Shown: piece by piece, positions 50,926 to 61,910 of the stretch
How the letters are laid out: the number at the start of each line of letters is the position of its first letter
Numbering within the stretch: position 1 is the first letter of the stretch
Source of the DNA: Meyerozyma guilliermondii
Taxonomy: Eukaryota
Direction of reading: 5' to 3'
Length of the DNA: 64,000 nt
Assembly: GCA_051546255.1 (NCBI GenBank)
Contig: CP128820.1
Location: 1 to 64,000 of the forward strand
Made by a program: the position numbers and the translations under genes
Notes under the pieces: generated by a model
Database searches by the model: none
Seen by the model: the letters and a program-made list of their open reading frames with translations, nothing else
Told to the model about the DNA's origin: nothing

Positions 50926-53900
50926 ATGCATTACGTCTCATGGACACTTGTCTGGCTTGTAACATGGCTCGGGTTTGTATGTGGTGACCTTGGTTCGCTC
51001 GAATTTGAGGTCAGGGCTGCTTGGAAAAATACGCCGTTTCTGGCAAACTTGATCGAATCTGTAGCTGCCTACAATGAAACTTGGTACGAGTCTGCGGTGG
51101 CAGCTTACGCAGGATTCGGCGACGACGACGACGTGCAAGATTCATCAGAAGTATCAGACGAGGCGATATATCAAAGAATAATGGCACAATTGCCGGCGGA
51201 ACTGAAAGATTTCATCAACTTTGATTCAGTTTATAAAATACATTCTCCTCGAATTGCCACCCATTATCACCAGTTTGAAGAAGAATACGGTGGAAACAAC
51301 TTAAGCAAGCTTGAAAAAGCCTGTTCTACAGACTCATTTGGCGCAAAAGTGCCGTTTATCAACGGCCATCCTCACTCATTTCTTGTGTTCAACGATAAAA
51401 TTTACTGCTCACCAGATGATATCTACGCCTTACAAACCCAAGACGCCTCCGACTACACACCACTCGAAATTGACCGTGTGATCGGATCACATACAAAGGC
51501 TCCAGTTGTGGTGCTATATGGTGTTCCTGGCTCTCCATCTACCCTCGCATTCTTGCGACACTTGATGGCGGATTCGCAAGCTGGAAAACTTAGGTTCGTG
51601 TGGAGATACTTACCTGCTACAAACATAGGCGATTTCATGGTTGGGTACGGCGTTCAACTTGAGCTTTCCAACCGTACGCTTCCAAAGCATAATGTTGATG
51701 AATTGTGCATGTCAGTCTTAGCTGAAAAATCGGCCAACGAACTGTACTACCACTTGAGAGACATACTACGTTCGCCGTTCTCAAAGCTTAACACAGCTGC
51801 TGAAAAATTGAGACAAGCATTTTACGACGCCAAAGATAAAAATGCCCGTTTGGGACTCACTAAGGCGTCAAATGGTATCTATATCAACGGAGCCATTATC
51901 CCCAAAGCTGAGCTTTCTGTTTATTCGCTTGTAGCAAAGATTAAGTCGGAACTAAGCAGAATGAAAAACTTAAAAAGTCTTGGTTTTACTACTACTCAAG
52001 CTCGAGCGTTACTTGAAAAGTTTGCCTTACTCTCGGCAGTCAAAGATGCCCAATACCGCAAAGGAAATACCATCATGGGTGGAAATGACAATCGCTTCCG
52101 CGTTTATCAGGATGACGGAGTAATCTTCTTCAATGATATTGAATCAGATAAGAATTATGTGGAGTATACCACCGATGCCCATGTGGCATACTTGGAGCAA
52201 TCAAAGAGCCTCAGAGTTGGTCAAATTCCTGCTTTGAGGCAGAATGTACACGATTTGATATTCGCCGTTAATCCTAGTGATAGAAGACAACTTGAAGTGT
52301 TCTTTACGCTCGCAAAACTAATCTTAGACCGAGGTATACCCCAGCAAATCGGACTCTTACCTCTTATCACAAGCAAGACTGACGAAGCTGTTGCAAGAGC
52401 AGTTCATTTCTTGTTCAAAAAAGGTTCCCCACAAGAGGCTCTTGGCTTCCTTTACAAATGCCTTCAAGCTGAAAAGGGCAATGAAGAAATTGCTGAACTC
52501 GCTGGTACTATACCTGTGCCTCCCGAGTACCGTGCTCCTCTTTTCACTGAGTCTACTTTTCGTTATTCAATTGAGAAACCTTCTGTGGTCGTTAATGGTG
52601 TCATATACGAATTGCAATCCCCAGGGTGGCAGACTGCGATGGTAAACCAGCTTTCGCAGGATGTGATGGTTCTTAAACGTCATTTGGAAACTAACAGTCA
52701 GACCAACATGAAGCAGATTTTGTACGAAAATGCTTCTAAATTCAGAAACTTGCGCATATCTCCACAAGATCCATCCAGTATCATCTATAAGGAAATCACC
52801 GCCGATCTTGTGCTGCATGCAACAACGCTCAAGATGAAGGCTGAATCTTCAACCGAACTTCCAGGCACGATTTGGCTCATTGGTGACTATACAACTTCAC
52901 GGGTTTTGGAACAATTGCATGTTCTCCTGAAATTCATCAAACGTGAAAAGCGGTTTCAGATAAACATGATTCATACTGGGACAAACGAAGATTTTCTAGA
53001 AGAAATGCTTTCAGGAACAAAGGATACTCAAAATCTTGATACAAAGGGCCACAAAATTCTTCTTGAAAATATCATGAAATTGATACCAACTGCGTCGTCT
53101 CACAGTACCGTCTGTAGTACCGCACAGCATTTATTGGAGAGAAATAACCTTCCGCTGGCATACCCCTACATTTTGTTCAACTCGAGGTTCTTTCGGCTTG
53201 ATACAAAATTTGATTTGAAAGAAATCTCTCTTCTTGCTTCATACGACTCCAAACAGAGAATGAGCATCTTGAAAGACCTAGTCGGTGCCTACAAAGACAT
53301 TTTTGACATGAAGTCTTTGATGGAGTTTGCTCCCAACGAACATAAAGAAGACTGGTTCGACTTACTTTCCTCCCTCGTCACCACTCTGTATTATAACTCG
53401 GAGTACATTACTTCTGGTGACGTTAACAGGTTTGACTTTTCAGGATTAGCGTATGACAATTCTGTTGTTCTTCAGAACGATGAAGATGAGGTAGAAATAG
53501 TTGTCATTGTTGATCCTATGGATTCCTATTCACGAAAATTGATAGAAACGGTTCATGCTGTGAAGGAATTCAAATCGGTTAGTATCAAGATTCTCATGCA
53601 TACAACAGAGGAAGACACTGAAACGACAGATTGTGTCTACTCCTCCATCATTCCTAGTGCAAGTCCACAATTCAGTCAAACGGGGTTGTACATTAGTGAG
53701 AACTCAATTCATATAAGAGGACCGAAGAATGTGAGCACAAGTTTTACTATTGATGCGCCATATTCATGGCATGTAGTTCCACAGTTGAGCTCCAAAGATC
53801 TTGACATACAAAAGTTCAATCTTTCTGAAGAGAAATGGGCCATATATGAGCTCAAAAGCTTAGTTACTGACGGTTATGCTAAGGATATACTTACCGGTTT

Positions 53901-55173
53901 CAGCCCTTCTGGCGCAGTTTTGCAAATGGAGCAGACAAATTTCAAGCAAGATACAGCAGTGTTCGGTATTCTTGGTTACTTTCAGTTTCGAACACCTCCA
54001 GGTATATTTCACCTTAAGACAAAGTGCTTAGCGGATGCTGAAAACTGCTACGATTTACTTTCGGCTGGAAATGCTTTCAATGCTAGTCGCGAGATTGTCA
54101 ATCTGGTAAAAATACCGGTCTTCTCATTGAACGGGCTTCAAATTACACCACGATTGCAGATCAGTGAAAAGAAGCAAGAGAAAACACAAGGGTCTAAATT
54201 GAACTTTTGGAGCAGTAAAGGTGTCGAAAACACAGGAGAGGATATTAACATTTTCACAATTGCAAGCGGTGAGCTATACGAGCATCTCTTATCCATCATG
54301 CTTGCATCTGCTACGTCTCATACAAAGAGACTGGTGAAATTATGGCTCTTGGAGGGTTTTCTCTCACCAAAATTTAGGCTGAATCTTCCAGCTCTAGCAT
54401 CTAAATATGGATTCAGTTATGAGTTCATCTCCTACAAATGGCCCATCTGGTTACGTAGCCAACAACCGGTGCTGCGGACAGTTTGGGGTTACAAGATCTT
54501 ATTTCTTGATGCGTTATTCCCACAAGATTTGAAAAGAGTTATCTTCATTGATGCTGACCAGGTTCTTCGAGCCGACTTGATGGAGCTTATGGAAACCGAT
54601 TTGCAAGGTGCACCTTATGGATTTGTGCCAATGTGTGAATCCAAAGAAGAGATGAAAGGATATCAATTTTGGAAGCAGGGTTATTGGGCGCAAATGCTTC
54701 AAGATGACCTTAAATACCATATAAGTGCCTTATTTGTTGTGGATCTTGTGGAATTCAGGAAAAGGCGTGTTGGAGATAGACTCAGAGCTCATTATCAAAA
54801 GCTTTCATCAGATCCCAAGTCGCTTCTGAATCTTGACCAGGACTTGCCGAACAATCTTCAAAGAATCGTGCCTATCCATAGTCTTCCTCCAGAGTGGCTA
54901 TGGTGTGATACCTGGTGTGCGAAAGAAGAACTTGGACGTGCCAAGGCCATTGACTTGTGCAACGATCCAACTTCTACTGAAGATAAAATTGTGCGAGCTA
55001 AAAGAGTGACTTCTGAATGGGACGACTACAATGAAGAAATCTCTCGCCTTTTAAGCGAAAGTAGCATGGAATATTGCCAAAAGCCAGGAGACTTGAAGGA
55101 CCTGCAATTGACCTTGAAAGACGACGGCTCGGTCGAGGCAGATGACTCTGACTACTTCCATGATGAGCTATGA
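50926..55173 (+). CDS. KRE5: UDP-glucose:glycoprotein glucosyltransferase
   Basis: Signal peptide; GT24 domain INIFTIASGELYE, WGYKILFLD, FIDADQ, NLDQDLPN, IDLCND; C-terminal HDEL. Confidence 0.93.
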   Translation: MHYVSWTLVWLVTWLGFVCGDLGSLEFEVRAAWKNTPFLANLIESVAAYNETWYESAVAAYAGFGDDDDVQDSSEVSDEAIYQRIMAQLPAELKDFINFDSVYKIHSPRIATHYHQFEEEYGGNNLSKLEKACSTDSFGAKVPFINGHPHSFLVFNDKIYCSPDDIYALQTQDASDYTPLEIDRVIGSHTKAPVVVLYGVPGSPSTLAFLRHLMADSQAGKLRFVWRYLPATNIGDFMVGYGVQLELSNRTLPKHNVDELCMSVLAEKSANELYYHLRDILRSPFSKLNTAAEKLRQAFYDAKDKNARLGLTKASNGIYINGAIIPKAELSVYSLVAKIKSELSRMKNLKSLGFTTTQARALLEKFALLSAVKDAQYRKGNTIMGGNDNRFRVYQDDGVIFFNDIESDKNYVEYTTDAHVAYLEQSKSLRVGQIPALRQNVHDLIFAVNPSDRRQLEVFFTLAKLILDRGIPQQIGLLPLITSKTDEAVARAVHFLFKKGSPQEALGFLYKCLQAEKGNEEIAELAGTIPVPPEYRAPLFTESTFRYSIEKPSVVVNGVIYELQSPGWQTAMVNQLSQDVMVLKRHLETNSQTNMKQILYENASKFRNLRISPQDPSSIIYKEITADLVLHATTLKMKAESSTELPGTIWLIGDYTTSRVLEQLHVLLKFIKREKRFQINMIHTGTNEDFLEEMLSGTKDTQNLDTKGHKILLENIMKLIPTASSHSTVCSTAQHLLERNNLPLAYPYILFNSRFFRLDTKFDLKEISLLASYDSKQRMSILKDLVGAYKDIFDMKSLMEFAPNEHKEDWFDLLSSLVTTLYYNSEYITSGDVNRFDFSGLAYDNSVVLQNDEDEVEIVVIVDPMDSYSRKLIETVHAVKEFKSVSIKILMHTTEEDTETTDCVYSSIIPSASPQFSQTGLYISENSIHIRGPKNVSTSFTIDAPYSWHVVPQLSSKDLDIQKFNLSEEKWAIYELKSLVTDGYAKDILTGFSPSGAVLQMEQTNFKQDTAVFGILGYFQFRTPPGIFHLKTKCLADAENCYDLLSAGNAFNASREIVNLVKIPVFSLNGLQITPRLQISEKKQEKTQGSKLNFWSSKGVENTGEDINIFTIASGELYEHLLSIMLASATSHTKRLVKLWLLEGFLSPKFRLNLPALASKYGFSYEFISYKWPIWLRSQQPVLRTVWGYKILFLDALFPQDLKRVIFIDADQVLRADLMELMETDLQGAPYGFVPMCESKEEMKGYQFWKQGYWAQMLQDDLKYHISALFVVDLVEFRKRRVGDRLRAHYQKLSSDPKSLLNLDQDLPNNLQRIVPIHSLPPEWLWCDTWCAKEELGRAKAIDLCNDPTSTEDKIVRAKRVTSEWDDYNEEISRLLSESSMEYCQKPGDLKDLQLTLKDDGSVEADDSDYFHDEL

Positions 55174-55264
55174 GCCTTGCAACCGATATACTGCATATGG
55201 CCCGGCGCGGCCGCCGCTACCGGCCACTTCACCGAACCGCAGAGATCAGGACTGCACACATCGC

Positions 55265-55282
55265 TGACTCACTCCCACGTGA
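55265..55282. promoter_or_regulatory. Gcn4 (TGACTCA) and Cbf1 (TCACGTG) sites in the MET13 promoter
   Basis: tgactca at 55265-55271 and cacgtga at 55276-55282, directly upstream of a MET gene. Confidence 0.6.
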
Positions 55283-55336
55283 AAAGTCAACGGTAGTTAC
55301 GAAGTTTCAACTCTGATTTGTGTAGAAGCTGGGACC

Positions 55337-57181
55337 ATGAGGATTTCTGAAAAATTGCAGCAGGCGCACAGCTGTGCAAATCCACCTCCTGCAACGTTTT
55401 CTTTTGAATTTTTTGTACCCAAGACGTCTCAAGGTGTTCAGAATTTGTACGATAGAATGGATCGGATGTACGATTTAAATCCAATTTTTATTGATATAAC
55501 CTGGAATGCTGGTGGCCGTTCTTCCACATTGACAAATGAGATGGTATACACCGCCCAATCTACCTTGGGTTTGGAAACATGTATGCATTTAACTTGCACC
55601 AACATGAAGGTGGAATTGATTGACGAAGCACTTTCAAAGGCTTATACTTCAGGGTGTCAGAACATTTTGGCATTGAGAGGAGATCCTCCGCTTGATGGCT
55701 CTGATTCAACGGGTGATTTCAAGTATGCTAAGGATTTGATTTGCTACATCAGAAAGAAGTACGGAGACCATTTCAACATCGGAGTAGCCGCTTATCCGGA
55801 AGGTCTCGAAGACGAATCTCCAGAACTCACTTTGAAGTATTTAAAGCAAAAATGTGATGCTGGTGCTGACTTTATCATTACGCAAATGTTCTACGATACT
55901 GACAATTTCATCAAGTGGTGTCATCTGGTTAGAAAAATTGGCATTAGCATTCCTATCATTCCTGGTATTATGCCTATTTCGACTTATGCTGCTTTCATCA
56001 GAAGAGCAAAGTGGTCACAAATAGCCATTCCACCGCACTTTCTCGAGGCCTTGGAACCTATCAAGGAAGATGATTATTTGGTCAGACAAAAAGGTACAGA
56101 ATTAGTGAGTGAAATGTGTCAAAAGTTGATTGACTCCAAAGTGGTTTCTCACTTACACTTCTATACAATGAACTTGGAACGTGCGACAATCATGATTCTC
56201 GAAAACTTGAACCTCATTGAACCAGTCAAGGACCATGAAATCATCGGTGGTGTGGATCTTCCTTGGAGAAAATCGTTACATCCTTCGCGGTCAAAGGAAT
56301 CTATTCGTCCCATCTTTTGGCAAAATAGAAAATACTCCTACATTTCCAGAACATCTACTTGGGATGAGTTCCCTAACGGAAGATGGGGTGATTCCCGGTC
56401 GCCTGCCTTTGGTGATATCGATCTTTTTGCTGCCGATTTATTGCGCCAGTCTCCTAAGAGGGCTTTTGATTTATGGGGATGTCCTCAATCGTTCAAAGAC
56501 TTGTCAAACCTTGTCGTATCTTACTTGAAGAATGATTTGAAGTCTTTACCTTGGTCTGATGGTCCTATAGGTGAAGATACAGCTATCATTGTCGACAAAT
56601 TGATATCATTGAACCAAAGAGGCTTTCTCACCATGAACTCCCAGCCCTCTTTGAACTGTGTCAAGTCCAATGACAAAGTTTATGGGTGGGGCCCAAAGAA
56701 CGGGTACGTGTTTCAAAAGCAATACCTCGAGTTTTTCTGCCACAGAGATATCTTCCCAAAACTTTTAGAGTCAATTGAGAAATTCAATGAGAAGGGAGGT
56801 GAGAGTTGCAGTTTCTTAACTTACTATGCAGCAGACAAGAACGGTGAGCTCAATACAAATACGAAGGAAGATGATATCAACGCCGTTACTTGGGGTGTCT
56901 TCCCAGGAGAGGAAATTTTGCAACCTACAATTGTCGAAAAAACTTCCTTCTTTGCATGGAAAGATGAGGTCTACCGTCTTCTCGCTGAATGGGGTAGCGT
57001 CTATGATAGTCACATCACCAGCGACGAAACATTAAAGAAATCCCAAGTCAAGGAATTCACCCACACTTTGAATGAGTTTGCAGACCAGTTTATCCTTTGC
57101 AATATTGTGAATAACAACTTTGTCGATGACGACCTGGTTCTCTTTTCTATCTTTGATGATATACAATCATCTGAGTTTTAA
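55337..57181 (+). CDS. MET13: Methylenetetrahydrofolate reductase
   Basis: SFEFFVPKTSQGVQNLYDRMDRM, MHLTCTN, ILALRGDPP, ITQMFYD, WDEFPNGRWGDSRSPAFG. Confidence 0.94.
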   Translation: MRISEKLQQAHSCANPPPATFSFEFFVPKTSQGVQNLYDRMDRMYDLNPIFIDITWNAGGRSSTLTNEMVYTAQSTLGLETCMHLTCTNMKVELIDEALSKAYTSGCQNILALRGDPPLDGSDSTGDFKYAKDLICYIRKKYGDHFNIGVAAYPEGLEDESPELTLKYLKQKCDAGADFIITQMFYDTDNFIKWCHLVRKIGISIPIIPGIMPISTYAAFIRRAKWSQIAIPPHFLEALEPIKEDDYLVRQKGTELVSEMCQKLIDSKVVSHLHFYTMNLERATIMILENLNLIEPVKDHEIIGGVDLPWRKSLHPSRSKESIRPIFWQNRKYSYISRTSTWDEFPNGRWGDSRSPAFGDIDLFAADLLRQSPKRAFDLWGCPQSFKDLSNLVVSYLKNDLKSLPWSDGPIGEDTAIIVDKLISLNQRGFLTMNSQPSLNCVKSNDKVYGWGPKNGYVFQKQYLEFFCHRDIFPKLLESIEKFNEKGGESCSFLTYYAADKNGELNTNTKEDDINAVTWGVFPGEEILQPTIVEKTSFFAWKDEVYRLLAEWGSVYDSHITSDETLKKSQVKEFTHTLNEFADQFILCNIVNNNFVDDDLVLFSIFDDIQSSEF

Positions 57182-57572
57182 AAGAGCCGTCTTTGTTTGA
57201 TTTACGTTCACGGGATAAAAGCATCATGCTGCTTGGCTTGTACTCGACAGCATCAAAAATGTCATATGCTCTCTGGCATAGAGACTAAAAGTTCTTCTTT
57301 ATTTCAACATACTATTATTACTAGCTTTCCTGTGCATACTAACTCCTCAACGGAGTTGAATAAATATCTTATATTAAAGGTGATCATCGATGTAAAACAA
57401 GCACTACATGATTAATTTTTAATTTTGTATATTCTATAAGGTAAAAGTTTATAAATTCCGTAGATAAAAGGTATCAATAAAAAGTGAAAATTAAACAGCA
57501 AGTGCCAAAACTTGTTTAAACCGGACTAAAACCGGAATCCACCGAAAAAAATATGTCTATCAATTGTTAATC

Positions 57573-60500
57573 TTAGAAGAAAATGAAAACCAAAAGTGCA
57601 GCAATGCAGTATAATCCCGAGTGGGGAACAACACTACTGGCAAAGCCCTCATACAGATTAATTGGAGAAGTGGAGTTGCTGATCCAGCTGCTGGATGGTG
57701 CAGCTGAAGTAACGGTAGCTACCTCAGTTTCAATAAGTACTGAGGTCTCTTCTTCTCTCTTCCTGCCCCATTGACCTACATTGTTCGTTTTACCACCACC
57801 AGTGGTAGTACATGGAGTAGTAGAGTCTGGAGCAGCTGTGGATGAGGTGGGTGTCTCACAAGGTGTGCTAGTTTGAGCAGTAGGTTTCACTGAACTAGTT
57901 GGTTCCGTTGTGTCGCAAGGTGTGCTACTTTCAGCTGTTGGTTCCACTGAACTAGTTGGTGCCACTGAACTTGCTGGCTCCGTAGTGTCGCATGGCGTGC
58001 TGGTCGATCCAGTTGGAGCGGTCGGATAAGGAGGTTCAGACGAGTGAGTTGGTGCCACTGAACTAGTTGGTTCTGTTGTATCACAAGGGGTGCTAGTTTC
58101 ACTTGCTGGAGCAGTGGAAGAAGCAGGTTCAGACGAGGAAGTGGGTCTCACCGAACTAGTTGGTTCCGTAGTGTCGCATGGCGTGCTCGTTTCGCTTGGT
58201 CCAGTTGGGACGGTCGGGTAAGGAGGTTCAGATGAGTGAGTTGGTGCCACGGAACTAGTTGGCTCCGTAGTGTCGCATGGCGTGCTCGTTTCGCTTGGTC
58301 CAGTTGGTCCAGTTGGTCCAGTAGGCGAGCTAGATGATCCGACCCATGGGCTTGTAGGAGGCACGGTGGAATGACTAGACTCTGCAATAGACGACTCAGT
58401 TGTCAGATCACATGGTTCACTGGTTTGACTGGTTGGACCGGTAGATGGACCGCTTGGGGTGACAACTGAGGGTCCCGTAGATGGTCCACTTGAAGGTCCG
58501 ACAGATGGAACTGTAGAGTGACTCAGTTGTGCAATCGAACTACTGGACGGTATGGCGGATGGAACACTCCAGGAACTCGTAGGCACCGTCGATGATCCAG
58601 CAGACACTGAAGACTCTGTAGTCAGGTCACAAGGCTCAGTAGCAGGGCTCGATGGAACAGTAGGTGGAATTGAGTGGCTTGAAATATCACTTGAGTGACT
58701 CACTGGTGCAATTGAAGAACTAGAAGGTCCCCAAGATGAGACAGATGGGTGACTCGAAGGTTCAGTAGGTGGAATTGAGTGACTCGATGGCGCAACCGAG
58801 GAGCCCCAGGAGCTGGAAGGTCCAGTTGACAAGACAGATGAGTGACTCACTGGTGCAGTTGAGGAGCTCGAAGGTCCAGCAGAAGAGCTGGATACCTTAA
58901 CAGACGAAGAAGTCTCATCGCATGGCTCAGTAGTATGGCTCGAAGGTCCAGTGGGTGGAATTGAGTGACTTGATGGTCCCACAGACGAAACAGTTGAGTG
59001 ACTCGAAGGTGCAACCGAGGAGACACTCGAGTGACTAGAAGGTCCCACAGACGAAGCTGTCGAGTGACTTGAAGGTCCAGAAGGAATTGAGTGACTAGAT
59101 GGAGCAACCGAGGAGGCACTCGAGTGACTAGAAGGTCCCACAGACGAAGCTGTCGAGTGACTTGAAGGTCCAGAAGGAATCGAGTGACTAGAAGGTGCAA
59201 CCGAGGAGGCACTCGAGTGACCTGAAGGTCCCACAGACGAAGCTGTCGAGTGACTTGAAGGTCCAGAAGGAATCGAGTGACTAGAAGGTCCAACGGATGA
59301 AGCACTCGAGTGGCTCACTGGTGCAGTTGAGGAGCTCGAGGGTGCAGAAGAAGAGCCAGATACCTTTACAGACGAAGAAGTCTCATCGCATGGTTCAGTA
59401 GTATGGCTCGAAGGTCCAGTAGGTGGAATTGAGTGGCTCGAAAGACCACTTGAGTGACTCACTGGTGCAATTGAAGAACTAGAAGGTCCCACAGACGAAG
59501 CTGTCGAGTGACTTGAAGGTCCAGAAGGAATCGAGTGACTAGAAGGTCCCACAGACGAAGCTGTCGAGTGACTCGAAGGTCCAGAAGGAATCGAGTGACT
59601 AGATGGTGCAACCGAGGAGCTCGAGTGTGCAACAGAAGAACTGGATGCCTTTGCAGACGACGAAGAAGTCTCATCGCATGGTTCAGTGGTATGGCTCGAA
59701 GGTCCAGTTGGTGGAATTGAGTGACTTGAAAGACCACTTGAGTGACTTACTGGTGCAATCGAGGAGCTTGAAGGACCCCAAGATGAAACAGTTGGGTGAC
59801 TTGAAGGTCCAACAGACGAAGCTGTCGAGTGACTAGATGGTCCCAAGGAGGAAACAGTCGAATGGCTTGAATGTCCAACCGAGGAGACACTCGAGTGACT
59901 AGAAGGTCCCACAGACGAAGCTGTCGAGTGACTTGAAGGTCCAGAAGGAATCGTGTGACTAGATGGAGCAACCGAGGAGGCACTCGAGTGACTAGAAGGT
60001 CCAGAAGGAATCGAGTGACTAGATGGAGCAACCGAGGAGGCACTCGAGTGACTAGATGGTGCAACCGAGGAAACAGTCGAGTGACTAGAAGGTCCCACAG
60101 ACGAACCAGTTGAGTGACTCGATGGAGCACTTGAGTGACTAACTGGCGCAATCGAAGAACTAGAAGGTCCTGAAGATGCGACGGTCGAGTGACTGGATGG
60201 TCCCCAAGACGAAACAGTCGAGTGACTTGATGGTCCCACAGATGAGGCACTCGAGTGGCTCACTGGAGCAATCGAGGAACTAGAAGGTGCAACAGAAGAA
60301 CTGGATGCCTTCAAAGACGACGAAGAAGTCTCATCGCATGGCTCAGTAGTATGGCTCGAGGGTCCAGTGGGTGGAATTGTGTGACTTGAAAGATCACTTG
60401 AGTGGCTGACTGGTGCAATTGAAGAACTAGAAGGTCCCCAAGATGAAGCACTTGAGTGGCTCGAAGGTCCCCACGAGGAAACAGTCGAGTGACTAGATGG

Positions 60501-61910
60501 TGCAAACGAGGAGCCCCAGGAGCTAGAAGGTCCGCTTGGCGAAACAGATGAGGCACTCGAGTGACTAGAAGGTCCAGAAGGGATTGAGTGACTAGATGGA
60601 GCAACCGAGGAAACAGTCGAGTGACTCGATGGAGCACTTGAGTGACCAGATGGTGCAACTGAGGAGGCACTTGAGTGGCTAACTGGTGCAATCGATGAGC
60701 TCGAAGGTCCAGAGGAGCTGGATGCCTTCACAGACGACGAAGAAGTCTCATCGCATGGTTCAGTAGTATGGCTCGAAGGTCCAGTAGCTGGAATCGAGTG
60801 GCTGGAAGGTCCCCAAGACGAAATAGTCGAGTGAGATGAAACACCACTTGAGTGACTAACTGGCGCAATCGAAGAACTAGAAGGTCCCGCAGATGAGATT
60901 GTCGAGTGACTAGATGGTCCCCAAGACGAAGCGGTCGAGTGACTAGATGGTCCCCAGGAGGATACAGTCGAGTGACTTGAATGTCCAGCAGATGAAGCAC
61001 TAGAGTGGCTCGAAGGTCCCACAGAAGAAGCACTCGAGTGGCTCACTGGTGCAATTGAGGAGCTCGAGGGTGCAGCAGAAGAGCCAGATACCTTAACAGA
61101 AGATGAAGTTTCATCGCATGGTTCAGTAGTATGGCTCGAAGGTCCAGTAGGTGGAACTGAGTGACTTGAAAGTGCACTTGAGTGACTTACTGGGGCAATT
61201 GAGGAGCTCGAAGGAACAACAGAAGAACTGGATACCTTCAAAGACGAAGAAGGTTCTTCACATGGCTCAGTCGAATGGGTAGAAGTTCCCACGGACGAAA
61301 CAGTAGAGTGACTTACTGGTGGAACCGAAGAACTCCAGGAGCTAGAAGAAGGCTCGTCACATGGCTCAGTTGAGTGACCAGTTGGTCCAGTTGATATAAC
61401 ACTGGAGTGGCTAACTGGAGCAATCGAGGAACTAGAATGTCCAGCAGAAGAACTGGATACCTTGATGGATGACAAAGAAGTTTCATCACATGGTTCACCC
61501 TTGTGTCCACCATCTCCTTGGTGTCCCCCATGTCCTCCATGGTGATCACCTTTGTGTCCTCCGTGATGTTCACCTTTGTGTTCACCCTTGTGTCCACCCT
61601 TGTGTTCACCCTTGTGTTCACCCTTGTGTTCACCCTTATGTCCACCTTTGTGTTCATCAGGACAAGGCTCTTCATCATGGCCACCCTTGCCATGCTTACC
61701 GCCTTTACCACCTTTGTCGTGTTTGCCATGTTGCGGTTGTGGCCACCACCAGTGATTATTCTTCTCTTCCTTTCCTCTTTTGTCGTTCTCTCCGCCATGA
61801 GAAACGAACGGATTCTTATCATGGTGATCACCAGAACCAATCCATGGTATAAAGTGACCGTTGACAGCAACGACTAGACCAGTATAAGCAGCGATTGTGA
61901 CGAACTTCAT
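57573..61910 (-). CDS. Large Ser/Pro/His/Thr-rich GPI-anchored cell-wall protein (adhesin/mucin-like) with HKGE and EPCD repeats
   Basis: Signal peptide, His/Gly/Lys/Glu tetrapeptide repeats, long GPSSH/APSSH tandem arrays punctuated by EPCDET, TPCDT repeats and a YEG-hydrophobic GPI signal. Confidence 0.9.
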   Translation of the reverse strand: MKFVTIAAYTGLVVAVNGHFIPWIGSGDHHDKNPFVSHGGENDKRGKEEKNNHWWWPQPQHGKHDKGGKGGKHGKGGHDEEPCPDEHKGGHKGEHKGEHKGEHKGGHKGEHKGEHHGGHKGDHHGGHGGHQGDGGHKGEPCDETSLSSIKVSSSSAGHSSSSIAPVSHSSVISTGPTGHSTEPCDEPSSSSWSSSVPPVSHSTVSSVGTSTHSTEPCEEPSSSLKVSSSSVVPSSSSIAPVSHSSALSSHSVPPTGPSSHTTEPCDETSSSVKVSGSSAAPSSSSIAPVSHSSASSVGPSSHSSASSAGHSSHSTVSSWGPSSHSTASSWGPSSHSTISSAGPSSSSIAPVSHSSGVSSHSTISSWGPSSHSIPATGPSSHTTEPCDETSSSSVKASSSSGPSSSSIAPVSHSSASSVAPSGHSSAPSSHSTVSSVAPSSHSIPSGPSSHSSASSVSPSGPSSSWGSSFAPSSHSTVSSWGPSSHSSASSWGPSSSSIAPVSHSSDLSSHTIPPTGPSSHTTEPCDETSSSSLKASSSSVAPSSSSIAPVSHSSASSVGPSSHSTVSSWGPSSHSTVASSGPSSSSIAPVSHSSAPSSHSTGSSVGPSSHSTVSSVAPSSHSSASSVAPSSHSIPSGPSSHSSASSVAPSSHTIPSGPSSHSTASSVGPSSHSSVSSVGHSSHSTVSSLGPSSHSTASSVGPSSHPTVSSWGPSSSSIAPVSHSSGLSSHSIPPTGPSSHTTEPCDETSSSSAKASSSSVAHSSSSVAPSSHSIPSGPSSHSTASSVGPSSHSIPSGPSSHSTASSVGPSSSSIAPVSHSSGLSSHSIPPTGPSSHTTEPCDETSSSVKVSGSSSAPSSSSTAPVSHSSASSVGPSSHSIPSGPSSHSTASSVGPSGHSSASSVAPSSHSIPSGPSSHSTASSVGPSSHSSASSVAPSSHSIPSGPSSHSTASSVGPSSHSSVSSVAPSSHSTVSSVGPSSHSIPPTGPSSHTTEPCDETSSSVKVSSSSAGPSSSSTAPVSHSSVLSTGPSSSWGSSVAPSSHSIPPTEPSSHPSVSSWGPSSSSIAPVSHSSDISSHSIPPTVPSSPATEPCDLTTESSVSAGSSTVPTSSWSVPSAIPSSSSIAQLSHSTVPSVGPSSGPSTGPSVVTPSGPSTGPTSQTSEPCDLTTESSIAESSHSTVPPTSPWVGSSSSPTGPTGPTGPSETSTPCDTTEPTSSVAPTHSSEPPYPTVPTGPSETSTPCDTTEPTSSVRPTSSSEPASSTAPASETSTPCDTTEPTSSVAPTHSSEPPYPTAPTGSTSTPCDTTEPASSVAPTSSVEPTAESSTPCDTTEPTSSVKPTAQTSTPCETPTSSTAAPDSTTPCTTTGGGKTNNVGQWGRKREEETSVLIETEVATVTSAAPSSSWISNSTSPINLYEGFASSVVPHSGLYCIAALLVFIFF

